Shown here in pieces: positions 46,274 to 55,677 of a stretch of 64,000 nucleotides of DNA. The stretch spans positions 2,248 to 66,247 of the forward strand of contig DATIFQ010000359.1 of the NCBI GenBank assembly GCA_035455185.1, given 5' to 3'. Position numbers and translations under genes: made by a program. This stretch comes from Bryobacteraceae bacterium (GTDB lineage: Bacteria > Acidobacteriota > Terriglobia > Bryobacterales > Bryobacteraceae). How positions within the stretch are numbered: the stretch's first letter is position 1; every line of letters begins with the position of its first letter. The notes beneath the pieces were generated by a model. The model was not told where the DNA came from and did no database searches. It saw only the letters and a program-made list of their open reading frames with translations.

Positions 46274-46939
46274 ATGAGCGGGATCAGCGGTGCACTCCCA
46301 TTACCGTTGGCGGGCGGACGAGAGCGCGCAAAGGGCAAGGTGGACTACCGCAATACCGAGGAGGGCCTTCTTGTACGCCGGGTGCAAAAAGGCGACGAGA
46401 TGGCCTTCCGGGACGTCGTGGAACGATACCAATCGAAGGTGTTCTCCATCATCTACGGTATTTTGCGGAATCACAACGATGCGGAGGACATCGCCCAGCA
46501 GGTGTTCTCCAAAGTCTATTTCTCGATCCGGAATTTCGATTTCCGCAGTTCCCTGCTCACATGGATTTACAAGATCACAGTGAACGAGTGTTACGACTAT
46601 CTTCGGAAGAAGAGGGTCCGGAAGCTCGTTTACGAGAGCGATTTCAGTGAAGAGGACACCGCTCGCCTGCATAGCTCTGCGGCGGTGAAAGACGCAAGTC
46701 CCTCGTTTGATACAAGCCTTGCGCAGCGCGACTACGTGTGGAAACTGCTCGAGAAAGTCTCCGAAGAAGACCGCAGGCTTATGCTTTTGAAAGAGGTCGA
46801 GGGACATTCGGTTGAAGAGTTGGCTGCGATGACGGGCATGAATGAGAATACAATCAAGGTGAAGCTCTTTCGTGCCCGTCAGAAGCTGCTGAAGGTTGCC
46901 CAGCGACTGGCCCGTTCCACGGGCACGGCGACGGCATGA
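46274..46939 (+). CDS. ECF (sigma-70 family group IV) RNA polymerase sigma factor
   Basis: Region 2 is DAEDIAQQVFSKVYFSIRNFDFRSSLLTWIYKITVNECYDYLRKKR and region 4 is LKEVEGHSVEELAAMTGMNENTIKVKLFRARQKL. The start is uncertain: ATG 46274 (possibly leaderless) or GTG 46340. Confidence 0.85.
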   Translation: MSGISGALPLPLAGGRERAKGKVDYRNTEEGLLVRRVQKGDEMAFRDVVERYQSKVFSIIYGILRNHNDAEDIAQQVFSKVYFSIRNFDFRSSLLTWIYKITVNECYDYLRKKRVRKLVYESDFSEEDTARLHSSAAVKDASPSFDTSLAQRDYVWKLLEKVSEEDRRLMLLKEVEGHSVEELAAMTGMNENTIKVKLFRARQKLLKVAQRLARSTGTATA

Positions 46940-47050
46940 CTTGAGGAACGCGGACGGAAGTGTATAATCCGCACAATATGGTGGAAACGCTCTCCGGCAG
47001 AACGGACAAAAGATCCGAAATGGAGACCGGGGAGGCGGATTTCGCAGGCT

Positions 47051-47536
47051 TTGAGGGAAGAAGTGATGCATTATCCCATTCGGGAAAAGCTTGAGGAATA
47101 CCTGCGAGGCGAAGCTGGTCCCGGCGAGCTTCGGGAGTTCCACTCGCACATGGAAACGTGCAGGGAGTGCCGTGACAGTGTGACCGGAATGCGGGATCAG
47201 GCTCGGCTGTTGCAATGCCTGCGGGCGTCCGATGCGGTGGAGCCACTCCCCGGTTTCTACGCGCGGGTGATGGGGCGCATCGAGTCGCAGCGCGCCAATT
47301 CAATATGGAGCTTTCTCCTGGAGCCCGTTTTCAGCCGGAGCCTGGTTGTAGCATCCGTGCTTCTGGTGCTTCTGCTTGGAGGCTATGTCGCTTCGGGTGA
47401 GTTTGACAGGCCGCTCAACCCTTCCAGCCCTGAAGTCATTCTGGCTGCCGAACCGAATCCCTCGGAGATGGTTGGCCTCAACCCGCAACGCGACCGCAAC
47501 ACGGTCCTGCTGACGCTGGCCACATACCGGGATTAA
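47051..47536 (+). CDS. Membrane-anchored zinc-finger (zf-HC2) anti-sigma factor
   Basis: HX3CX2C motif HMETCRECR, a single TM helix (LVVASVLLVLLLGGYV) and a short periplasmic tail. The start may be ATG 47066. Confidence 0.75.
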   Translation: MREEVMHYPIREKLEEYLRGEAGPGELREFHSHMETCRECRDSVTGMRDQARLLQCLRASDAVEPLPGFYARVMGRIESQRANSIWSFLLEPVFSRSLVVASVLLVLLLGGYVASGEFDRPLNPSSPEVILAAEPNPSEMVGLNPQRDRNTVLLTLATYRD

Positions 47537-47542
47537 GGTCAA

Positions 47543-47938
47543 ATGTCCTGGGAAAACTGCTCATCCTGGCGGAATCCACGGGTTCTCCTGAGTTTGACTC
47601 TGATCTTCCTCTGTGGTGTCGTCGGCGGCGCCATGGTCATGCGGTTTGCGGTTCACGGCATCGTTGATAAGGCTGAGACGGGCTTGCCGGGTGGCGAAAA
47701 GGCGATCGCGCTGGAGCGCATGACCAAAGAACTCGACCTCAGTGCCGACCAGCGGCGGGAACTCGAGACGGTCCTTGACGATTTCGTCATGTACGTGCAA
47801 ACACTCCAGGCGCAGATGGACGAAGTTCGCGCCAACGGAAAACAACGGATCCTCCGTATCCTGAACGACCAACAGAAGCAGAAGTTCGAAAAGATCCTGG
47901 TCGACGTACAGGCGCGGCAGACCGCGCGGGTTCCTTGA
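47543..47938 (+). CDS. Spy/CpxP-like periplasmic protein (LTXXQ-type repeats)
   Basis: 131 aa with an N-terminal TM/signal anchor. Helical repeats are LSADQRRELE and LNDQQKQKFE. Starts 6 nt after the anti-sigma stop. Confidence 0.6.
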   Translation: MSWENCSSWRNPRVLLSLTLIFLCGVVGGAMVMRFAVHGIVDKAETGLPGGEKAIALERMTKELDLSADQRRELETVLDDFVMYVQTLQAQMDEVRANGKQRILRILNDQQKQKFEKILVDVQARQTARVP

Positions 47939-48000
47939 CGGTTCGCGTTGATTCGTAGGGCTTCCTTTACTTCCGTTAGGTCTACAATACGGGTGAGGCC

Positions 48001-49431
48001 ATGTCCGTGGCGGCCACCCACGATTCGCCGTACAGTGGTTCCTGGTACCCGGCTGACCGGATCGAACTCGATGAGCTGATTGACCGCTTGTGGAAGTCGT
48101 CCGGGCAGCGAACGGGTGCATACCTGCTCGAAAATCCTCTCGGATTCGTCGTGCCGCACGCGGGCCTCGTGTACTCCGGAACGGTAGCGGCGTCCGCCTA
48201 CCGTCACATCGAAAGATGCCGCCCCAAGCGTATCGTGCTACTCGGGTTTGCCCATCGCGGCTGTCCACCGGGGCTGTGGATTCCCGATGTCACCTCTGTC
48301 CGGACGCCGCTTGGAGAAGTCCGGATCGACGCGGAGGCCGTCGCAGACCTCACGGTCGGGGGTGAATTCCAGATTCTGCCTGAGGCACGGCTCTGCGACC
48401 ATTCCATCGAAATCCAGTTGCCGCTCATCCAAAGGGCGGCGCCAGACTCGAGTGTTGTGCCTGTCTATGTCGGCCAGTTGAGCGACCAAGCTCGCCGCGA
48501 AGAGGCGAGCGCCCTCGCGCGGCGGATCCGCGCGGGCGACCTGCTGATAGCCAGCTCCGACCTGACCCATTACGGCAGCGCATTCCGATACCAACCCTTC
48601 CCGGTGGACAACCGTGTGCAGGAACGCCTGCGGGTCCTGGATTTCGGCGTATTGGATGCGGCGGCAAGCCTTCGACCGGAACTGTTTCTCAAGACCTTGC
48701 TCGAATCATCCGCCACCGTCTGCGGCTATGAGCCGGTTTCCCTGCTGCTGTCCGCGATGCGGGCGAGCGAAGAGCAGGGAGAGGTCTTCCAGCAGGTCAT
48801 CGACTACCAAACCTCGGGGGAGATCACCGGCGACTTTCACCACTCGGTGAGCTATGGTGCGGCCGGTTATTTTCCGTATTCATCGTTCGAGGTAAACTCC
48901 GAGGCGCGGGAAGTGCTGCTCGATCTCGCCAGGCGGACGCTTCGGCAGTACCAGACAACCGGCCGGCGGCCCGTTTCCGTGGCACCCGGGCAAGATCACG
49001 CCGTTCTTGAGAAGAGGTCGGCAGCGTTCGTGACGCTTCACCGGGGCGGTCAGTTGCGCGGGTGTATCGGGCGCAACACGAGCGACGCGCCCCTCAGAGA
49101 GGTGATTCCGGAGCTGACGATGGCAGCGGCACTGGACGACACGCGTTTCGGACGCGTCACCCCGGACGAGACTGGCATCGACATCGAGATCTCACTACTG
49201 ACACCAATGAAGCGAATCGTGGACCGCTCTGACTTCCGGGTAAACGCGCACGGTGTGTTACTGCAATCCGGTTACCGGCACGGTCTGCTGCTTCCTCAGG
49301 TGGCCACCGAACGGAATTGGGGCGCCGAACAGTTCTTTCTCGCACTGGCACGCAAAGCGGGATTTGACCCGGGTGTGTACGACGATCCAGCCACCAAGCT
49401 GCATGTTTTCCGCGCGCAGATCATCCACTAA
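48001..49431 (+). CDS. Fused AmmeMemoRadiSam system protein B (Memo-like) + protein A (AMMECR1 domain)
   Basis: 476 aa. The N-half is Memo-like: SGSWYP, VVPHAGLVYSG, CDHSIEIQLPLIQ. The C-half is AMMECR1: AAFVTLHRGGQLRGCIG, LDDTRFGRV, IEISLLTP, HGLLLPQVA. Confidence 0.85.
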   Translation: MSVAATHDSPYSGSWYPADRIELDELIDRLWKSSGQRTGAYLLENPLGFVVPHAGLVYSGTVAASAYRHIERCRPKRIVLLGFAHRGCPPGLWIPDVTSVRTPLGEVRIDAEAVADLTVGGEFQILPEARLCDHSIEIQLPLIQRAAPDSSVVPVYVGQLSDQARREEASALARRIRAGDLLIASSDLTHYGSAFRYQPFPVDNRVQERLRVLDFGVLDAAASLRPELFLKTLLESSATVCGYEPVSLLLSAMRASEEQGEVFQQVIDYQTSGEITGDFHHSVSYGAAGYFPYSSFEVNSEAREVLLDLARRTLRQYQTTGRRPVSVAPGQDHAVLEKRSAAFVTLHRGGQLRGCIGRNTSDAPLREVIPELTMAAALDDTRFGRVTPDETGIDIEISLLTPMKRIVDRSDFRVNAHGVLLQSGYRHGLLLPQVATERNWGAEQFFLALARKAGFDPGVYDDPATKLHVFRAQIIH

Positions 49432-49455
49432 TTCGGCCTCCCGTATACTGAGCTG

Positions 49456-52176
49456 GTGATGCTCCTTCTGACCGGTCCTACCGGCTCTGGAAAGACGCGC
49501 CATGTGCTTGAGCGTGTCCGGGAGGCGCTCGCCTCCCGGCGCACGGATTTTCGTCTGCTCGTGCCCACCGCGACGATGGCGGAGCACATCCGAAACGAGC
49601 TTGCGCGGGAGGGCTTTGTACCGCGCCGCTCGTTGATCGGGACTCTTTCCGGATTTGTCGAGCAATTGGCCGGGGACACCCCACAAGTAACTGGAGGGCA
49701 GCTCAACCTGATTGTGGAGGAGGTTCTGGCGTCGATTTCCCCGAACGAGTTCCGCGAGGTTGCTTCGCTCCCAGGTTTCCGCACGGCCCTCGCTGGTCTG
49801 ATCGACGAACTGACCTCAGCCGGGTGTGACTCCGTGCAAGTTCGTGCTGCCGTCGTCCGACGGCTGCCAGGCCGGACTTTGGCGGCCGCTTTTGGCGACG
49901 TCTTCGAGGAAGCGGAGCGGAGCTGGCGGCGGCGTGGGGCGGCTGCCCGGGGCGAGCGTCTGCGGTTCGCGGCGAGCCGCATCCGGGAGCAAGGGCTACC
50001 CGGCGTCCGCGCCGTCTACATGGATGGTTTTTTCACACTGTCCCAGCCGGAGATCGAATTGGTCGAGGCTCTCCGCGCGCACGCCGATCTCACCGTGACA
50101 CTGCCGCGTTGGGAGGGTTCACAACAGGCTCGGGCCCGGCTGCTCGGGATGGGCTTCGTCGAGGAGGAGCACACCCGGGCCCGACAGCAGCCCCGCATTG
50201 TTCTGCTTGCTGCCCGGACCACGGAGGAGGAGCTCGGAGAGATCGCGCGGCGCATTCTGGCCGAGGCATCGGCCGGCCGGCCGTTTCGGGAAATGGGCGT
50301 CGTTGTGAGGAGCCGCGAGCCCTATGTACCTGCGCTCCGTGCCGTTCTCGAACGGTTCGGAATCCCGGCGCGTTTCTACTTCGCCGAGCCGCCGGTGGCC
50401 TACTCGCCGGTGCGTTATCTGGCGGGCGCGGTGGACGCGATGCTGGGTGGTTGGGACCACGAAGAGACGCTCGGGGTGCTCCGGATGACCTCCTCCGCCG
50501 CGGGTCGCTGTTCGGACATGGACCGGTTTGACTTCGAGGTGCGGAAAAACCTGCCCGGACGCGGGCTGGCGCCGCTCCGGCTTCTTGCTCGGCACCCAGC
50601 GATTCGCACCCTGATCGACTCCCTGGCGCCGCTCGATGCATGGCGGGAAGGTGAATGCCAGCCGGGGGAGTGGGCCACTCGGGTAAAGAATCTCAGTTCC
50701 CGGCTGTTCCGCCCGGTGGCCCCTTCGGACTCACCGTCACGATCCCTCATTACAGTCTGGCGCGGGCAGGCAGCCGCGCTTCGAGCGTGGGAGGGAGCCG
50801 CTAACGAGGCCGCCGCCGCTCTCGACGGCAAAGGCCCCGTCGCATTCGAGCCCTTCTGGCACGCGGTGAATGAAGCGCTGAGCGAGACGAACGTGCGCGT
50901 ACCCGACCAGCGGCGCAACGTCGTACACGTCCTGGACGTTTATGAGGCACGGCAGTGGGAGCTTCCGGTGGTCTTCGTCTGCGGTCTCCTCGAGAGGCAA
51001 TTCCCGCTGTATCACCCTCAGGACCCCGTCCTCCCGGATAATGTGCGCTCCGTCTTGCGACAAGAAGGAGTGACGCTTCGAACAGCCGCCGAGCGGGATC
51101 GCGAGGAGCGTTTTCTCTTTGACCTGGCGGTCTCTCGCGCGACATCCACGCTGGTGCTGAGTTACCCGCAATTCAACGAGAGCGGAGACGCCAATCTCAG
51201 GTCCTTCTTTCTCGACGAGATCCAGGCTACGGCGGTTCAGGAACAGAGCCGCCCGGTACGGCTCGCCGGCGGCCCCACCAGCCGCGTGGACCGGCCGGTT
51301 GTGATCCGCGACCCCGGCCTCCTCGACCGGCTGGTCGAGAAGCACGCATCGACAAGCTCGTCCGCCGTCGAGGGGTTTCTCCAGTGCCCATTCCTCTTTT
51401 TTGCGCGGAACACTCTGGGCCTCGAGGGCCCGCCTCGCCACCCCTCTGAACGGTTTGACCAACTCGCGCAAGGAGACGTCATCCACTGTGTTCTCGCGCT
51501 GTGCATTGGGTCCGGTGTGCCTCTGGAGGAAGCGTTCGACGCCGAGTTGCGGTGGGTCTACAAGGAAAGAGGTATTCCCGACGGTTACCGGCGCGAAGCC
51601 ATCCGACTGGAGCTGTTTCGCGATTTGCGCCGGTTCCTGACGGATCTCGAACTACCGCCTGCAAGCAAACGCCTGTACGAGCACTCCTTCCAGTTCACGC
51701 TTCGTGAAGGCGTTCGGCTGCGGGGGAGGATGGACCGCGTTGACGTCTACGAGGATGGCCTCGCCCTGGTTGTCGATTACAAGTACAGCCATGCCCAAAA
51801 GGTGCGTGACCGCCGCAAAGGAACGGAACAGGGTCGATTCGTACAGGCGGGGTTGTATCTGTTGGCTGTCAAGCAGGTGCTCGGCCACGAACCGGCCGGA
51901 ATGCTATTTGCCGGACTGCGGCGGGAGACGAGTCTTGAAGGCTGGCATCTTCCTCTTCCAGGCCTCGAGGCCGGCGCAGATTGTACGTCGGAGGTACTGG
52001 CCGAACTGTCGGCGACTGCGTCCGGGCAGGTCGCCGGAGTGCTGGACGCCGTACACGGTGGGCGGATCGCCCCATCTCCTGCCGACGAACGCCTCTGCGA
52101 GTACTGCGAGTTCGTCGACATCTGCAGGGTAGAGAGCGCCACGGGCGCGACGGCCGCGGGAGGGTTCGAGGAATGA
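49456..52176 (+). CDS. addB: AddB-type helicase-nuclease subunit B (PD-(D/E)XK nuclease with Fe-S cluster)
   Basis: 906 aa with Walker A LTGPTGSGKT. The C-terminal nuclease region has VVDYKY and the Fe-S Cys set FLQCPFLFF plus CEYCEFVDIC (CX2CX5C). Confidence 0.8.
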   Translation: MMLLLTGPTGSGKTRHVLERVREALASRRTDFRLLVPTATMAEHIRNELAREGFVPRRSLIGTLSGFVEQLAGDTPQVTGGQLNLIVEEVLASISPNEFREVASLPGFRTALAGLIDELTSAGCDSVQVRAAVVRRLPGRTLAAAFGDVFEEAERSWRRRGAAARGERLRFAASRIREQGLPGVRAVYMDGFFTLSQPEIELVEALRAHADLTVTLPRWEGSQQARARLLGMGFVEEEHTRARQQPRIVLLAARTTEEELGEIARRILAEASAGRPFREMGVVVRSREPYVPALRAVLERFGIPARFYFAEPPVAYSPVRYLAGAVDAMLGGWDHEETLGVLRMTSSAAGRCSDMDRFDFEVRKNLPGRGLAPLRLLARHPAIRTLIDSLAPLDAWREGECQPGEWATRVKNLSSRLFRPVAPSDSPSRSLITVWRGQAAALRAWEGAANEAAAALDGKGPVAFEPFWHAVNEALSETNVRVPDQRRNVVHVLDVYEARQWELPVVFVCGLLERQFPLYHPQDPVLPDNVRSVLRQEGVTLRTAAERDREERFLFDLAVSRATSTLVLSYPQFNESGDANLRSFFLDEIQATAVQEQSRPVRLAGGPTSRVDRPVVIRDPGLLDRLVEKHASTSSSAVEGFLQCPFLFFARNTLGLEGPPRHPSERFDQLAQGDVIHCVLALCIGSGVPLEEAFDAELRWVYKERGIPDGYRREAIRLELFRDLRRFLTDLELPPASKRLYEHSFQFTLREGVRLRGRMDRVDVYEDGLALVVDYKYSHAQKVRDRRKGTEQGRFVQAGLYLLAVKQVLGHEPAGMLFAGLRRETSLEGWHLPLPGLEAGADCTSEVLAELSATASGQVAGVLDAVHGGRIAPSPADERLCEYCEFVDICRVESATGATAAGGFEE

Positions 52177-55100
52177 CACTCTCGCCAAAGCAGAAGGCGG
52201 CCGTCGAACGCAGTGGACAGGATGTCTGCGTCGTCGCGGGACCTGGCTCCGGCAAGACCCGTGTGCTGGTGGAGCGGTTTTGCTGGCTGGTGTCCGCGCG
52301 TGGCGTATCACCGCTCCGCGTTCTTGCCATAACGTTCACCGAAAAGGCCGCAACAGAGATCAAGCAGCGCCTGGTCAACGCCTTCTCCGGCGATGCGAAA
52401 GTCCGTGAGCAGATCGAGCGCACGTACGTTTCAACCATCCATGGTTTTTGCGCACGGCTGCTCCGCGAGAACTCGGTGGCCGCGGGACTCGATCCCAGAT
52501 TCATAGTGATGGACGCACCGGCGAGCGCGGCCGAACTCGACCATGCGGCCGATGCGGCACTCGAACGGCTCTACACCGAGCGGCCGTCCGAGTTTCGCGG
52601 GCTGCTGGACGCGAGCTACTTCTCGACAGACCTCGCAAGTTGCCTGATCCACGTCTATCATGCGCAACGAGTTGCCGGCGTCCCGCTCGCGCGCGGAAGG
52701 GATGCATCGCCCCCTGCAGAGAGCCTCTCCGGCATTGTCCAGGAGTTGTACGACCTGCTCTCGAGGGTTCCGCCGCCAAAGACAACACCACAGATAGGCA
52801 GAATTACCTCGATCAAGGGCTGGTTGGAGCGCGCCGGAACGTTGGAACGGAAACCCTTGGGTGCGGAACACTTCCGCCTGCTTAAAGATTTCAAGTGCGA
52901 CCTTAACACGTTCAAGCCAGGTCCCGATCGCGAAGCCGCCCGCGATTTACGGAAGAGACGGATTCCCCGACTTCAAGCATTGCTGGCAACGGAATACTAC
53001 GAGCGGTTCCGCGCGTTGCTGGTGGAGGCAATCGAGCGGATCGACGAGGCCTACAGGTCGCGAAAGCGGGAACTGAGCGCGCTCGATTTTTCCGATCTGG
53101 AGGAGCACACGATCAGGCTGCTCGAAGGAAATCCCGAGGTGCGCGATTCCCTCCGGAAGAGCTTCGACTACATTCTGATGGACGAGCTTCAGGACACGAA
53201 TCCGCTCCAATGGAAGATCGTGAACCTGATCCGGTCACCGGAACGGTTCTTTGCTGTCGGTGACATCAACCAGTCCATTTACGGATTCCGGCAAGCCGCG
53301 CCGGAAGCGTTCCGGGAGTACCGGAAAGGCATCGAGAGCGCAAGATGGAAAGTCGACGATCTCGACGAGAATTACCGCAGCCGTCAGGCGATCCTTTCGG
53401 CGGCGGAATGCGTCCTGGCGGGCGCTCCGGGTATCGAGCTGCGCGAATTGAAGGCGAAGCGGCAATTCTGCCGGAAAACCGAACCGTCGGTGGAGGTGAT
53501 CGTAGCTTGTGCCGCGAAACCGGCGGATCCGGCGGACGTCGAGGCCCGCTGGATCGCACGGCGCATCCGCGAGCTCGAAGGGAAACTGAAAATCGGATCT
53601 CTCACCGATCCCCGCGCGGCCCGTTTTCGCGATTTTGCGATTCTTGTGCGCGCGAACACCGCCCTCCCGCCGATTGAGCGCGCCTTTAAGGAATTTGATG
53701 TTCCCTATCTGACGACAGGTGGGCAAACCTTTTATGAGGCCCGCGAAGTGCGGGATCTGGTTCTGCTTCTCCGCACGATCGACAATCCACGGGACGAGAT
53801 CGCGCTGGCAGGCGTTCTGCGATCTCCCCTGGGAGGTGTCGCCGACGAGACACTGTTGCGGATGAAATCGCACGACAGGCTCGGCACTGTGCTGCGGCGG
53901 CTCGATCATCTGGACCTTTCCTCGTTCGACGCCGGGGACCTCGAGCGGCTCCGGGGATTCCGCGATCTGTTGAACCGGCTTCGGAGCGTACGCGACGACG
54001 TTCCGCCCGATCGCCTGCTGCTTGACGCCATCGACGGCTCGGGATACGGAAGTCAACTGGATGGGCGCGCCCGGGCCAATGTGGATAAGCTGCTCGCGCT
54101 GGTTTGTGACTGGCACTGTGCGCAGCCGCGTCCGGTGAACGAACTCGTCGAGGATCTCGAATGGATTCGCGAGGCGGCAACAGAGGCCGACGCGCCGCCG
54201 GACGACTCCTCGAATGCCGTGCGGGTGATGTCCATCCATCAGGCGAAGGGGCTGGAGTTCCCGGTTGTCTTGCTCGCGGCGCTCCATCGCCATACGAACG
54301 ACACCCAGCCTTCACTGTGCCTTGCGCCGGAAGGCCGACTCGGAGTCCGGTGGCGGAATCCGGCGGGAAGCGGCTATGTGGACGACGTCTTCCATGTGGA
54401 GTCCATGGCCCTGACCGACGCCCGTGAGCGTGAGGAGGAGGACCGCCTGCTGTACGTCGCCATGACTCGGGCGGAGGAGCACCTTGTACTCTCGTTCGCG
54501 AGGACTGACCGGCCCGGCGCGAGGGCGGAGAGGGTCGCTGGAGCGTTCGGCATCGATCTCCAACAGACCGACGCAGGGCCGCGGGTTTTTGCCCCCGTAG
54601 GCGCCCATTTCGAGGTGCGGTTGTTTCGCGCAGCCGGCCCACCTGAGGCGGTGGAAATGCGTGAGGGAGACTTCTCGTTGCCGGTGGAAGAACTCCTCGT
54701 ACCTCATGGCGCGGCGTCCAGCCAGCACGATTCCTCCGCTTCGGTGACGGCGATTCTTGCCTTCGAACAATGCCCACGCCGCTATTTTCTCGACCGCTAC
54801 CTAGGATGGAGCGGCGTCTCCCAGCCGGCCGCCGCTGAAGAATACGAGAGTCAGTCCGCACGCGAGGAGTTGGACGAACCCGACGCAGCCGAGTTCGGGC
54901 TTCAGGTGCACGCTCTGCTTGCGGGCGCCGCCATAGAGTCTCCGGACGCGGAGGCTGTGGAACTGAAGGCTCGTTTCGATGCGAGCGCCCTTGGACGCCG
55001 GGTCCGTCGCGCGGACAGGATCGAACGGGAGTTCGATTTCCTCCTTGCCGTAGACGACATCGTGCTGCACGGCCAGATCGACCTCTGGTTCGAGGAAAAC

Positions 55101-55478
55101 GGCCGGCTTGTGCTCGTGGACTACAAAACCAACGACATTCGGGATGAGGATGCCCACTCTCGGGCCGATGACTACTCGTTGCAACTGCGCCTCTACGCGC
55201 TTGCCCTCGAACGGGTGTGCGGGCGACTGCCTGACGAAGCGTACATCTGCTTCCTCAGGCCGGGCAGGTCAGTCTCTGTGGATCTCTCCGAAGCGGCCCT
55301 CGCCTCTGCACGCGGAAGCGTGGGGAGGTTTCGCGAGGCGCAAAACAAACTCAGTTTCCCGTTACGCGAAAGCCCGCAGTGCCGAGCGTGTCCGTTCTAC
55401 CGCGGTTTATGTCCCGCCGGACGCGGACAGGCTGCTAAGGATGCGGACCCGCCATCTTCTTTTCAAGAGCGTTCATGA
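52173..55478 (+). CDS. addA: AddA/UvrD-type helicase-nuclease subunit A
   Basis: Start reset to ATG 52173, overlapping the addB TGA (ATGA). UvrD motifs are VVAGPGSGKT, ILMDELQDTNP, VGDINQSIYGFRQA and MSIHQAKGLEF. The C-terminal RecB-type nuclease has FEQCPRRYF and VLVDYKT. Confidence 0.85.
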   Translation: MTLSPKQKAAVERSGQDVCVVAGPGSGKTRVLVERFCWLVSARGVSPLRVLAITFTEKAATEIKQRLVNAFSGDAKVREQIERTYVSTIHGFCARLLRENSVAAGLDPRFIVMDAPASAAELDHAADAALERLYTERPSEFRGLLDASYFSTDLASCLIHVYHAQRVAGVPLARGRDASPPAESLSGIVQELYDLLSRVPPPKTTPQIGRITSIKGWLERAGTLERKPLGAEHFRLLKDFKCDLNTFKPGPDREAARDLRKRRIPRLQALLATEYYERFRALLVEAIERIDEAYRSRKRELSALDFSDLEEHTIRLLEGNPEVRDSLRKSFDYILMDELQDTNPLQWKIVNLIRSPERFFAVGDINQSIYGFRQAAPEAFREYRKGIESARWKVDDLDENYRSRQAILSAAECVLAGAPGIELRELKAKRQFCRKTEPSVEVIVACAAKPADPADVEARWIARRIRELEGKLKIGSLTDPRAARFRDFAILVRANTALPPIERAFKEFDVPYLTTGGQTFYEAREVRDLVLLLRTIDNPRDEIALAGVLRSPLGGVADETLLRMKSHDRLGTVLRRLDHLDLSSFDAGDLERLRGFRDLLNRLRSVRDDVPPDRLLLDAIDGSGYGSQLDGRARANVDKLLALVCDWHCAQPRPVNELVEDLEWIREAATEADAPPDDSSNAVRVMSIHQAKGLEFPVVLLAALHRHTNDTQPSLCLAPEGRLGVRWRNPAGSGYVDDVFHVESMALTDAREREEEDRLLYVAMTRAEEHLVLSFARTDRPGARAERVAGAFGIDLQQTDAGPRVFAPVGAHFEVRLFRAAGPPEAVEMREGDFSLPVEELLVPHGAASSQHDSSASVTAILAFEQCPRRYFLDRYLGWSGVSQPAAAEEYESQSAREELDEPDAAEFGLQVHALLAGAAIESPDAEAVELKARFDASALGRRVRRADRIEREFDFLLAVDDIVLHGQIDLWFEENGRLVLVDYKTNDIRDEDAHSRADDYSLQLRLYALALERVCGRLPDEAYICFLRPGRSVSVDLSEAALASARGSVGRFREAQNKLSFPLRESPQCRACPFYRGLCPAGRGQAAKDADPPSSFQERS

Positions 55479-55677
55479 GGCGGCGGTGCAGATCCTCAGC
55501 CAGGGGCTGAGGGTCCATGCCCTTGTAAATCTGGATGGTCCGCTTGGTGGTATCCACCATCACCCAGCAGTTCGGGCACTCCGTAACGTGCGCCTCGAGT
55601 TGCTGGCGCATCTCCTCCTGGATGGTACCGTCGAGGTACTCGGAGAGTTCGTCCATGAAGGCCTTACAAGTAAGCAA
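55435..55677 (-). CDS. Soluble zinc-binding anti-sigma factor (ZAS, RsrA-like size)
   Basis: 80 aa with no TM segment. Has the HX3CX2C motif HVTECPNC plus N-terminal Cys4. Overlaps the upstream ECF sigma gene by 14 nt. Its 3' end overlaps the addA 3' end by 44 nt. Confidence 0.75.
   Translation of the reverse strand: MLTCKAFMDELSEYLDGTIQEEMRQQLEAHVTECPNCWVMVDTTKRTIQIYKGMDPQPLAEDLHRRLMNALEKKMAGPHP

Noticed and set aside
46099-46338. A 79-aa minus-strand ORF and a 25-codon plus-strand ORF (from 46161) in the large iscA/ECF spacer, plus a possible 6S-like RNA.
   Set aside because: The ORFs are Arg/Pro-rich with no SD. The candidate long stem is interrupted after about 9 bp, and no central-bubble architecture could be drawn.
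53235-54861. Long antisense or out-of-frame ORFs inside well-supported genes. Examples are 53235..54293(-) and 53686..54861(-) within addA, 10447..11322(-), 7229..8161(-), 23573..24340(-), 46301..47215(-) and 32952..33920(-).
   Set aside because: Their translations are Arg/Pro/Ala/Gly-rich low-complexity sequence typical of shadow ORFs in GC-rich DNA. Each lies opposite or out of frame to a gene with clear family motifs.
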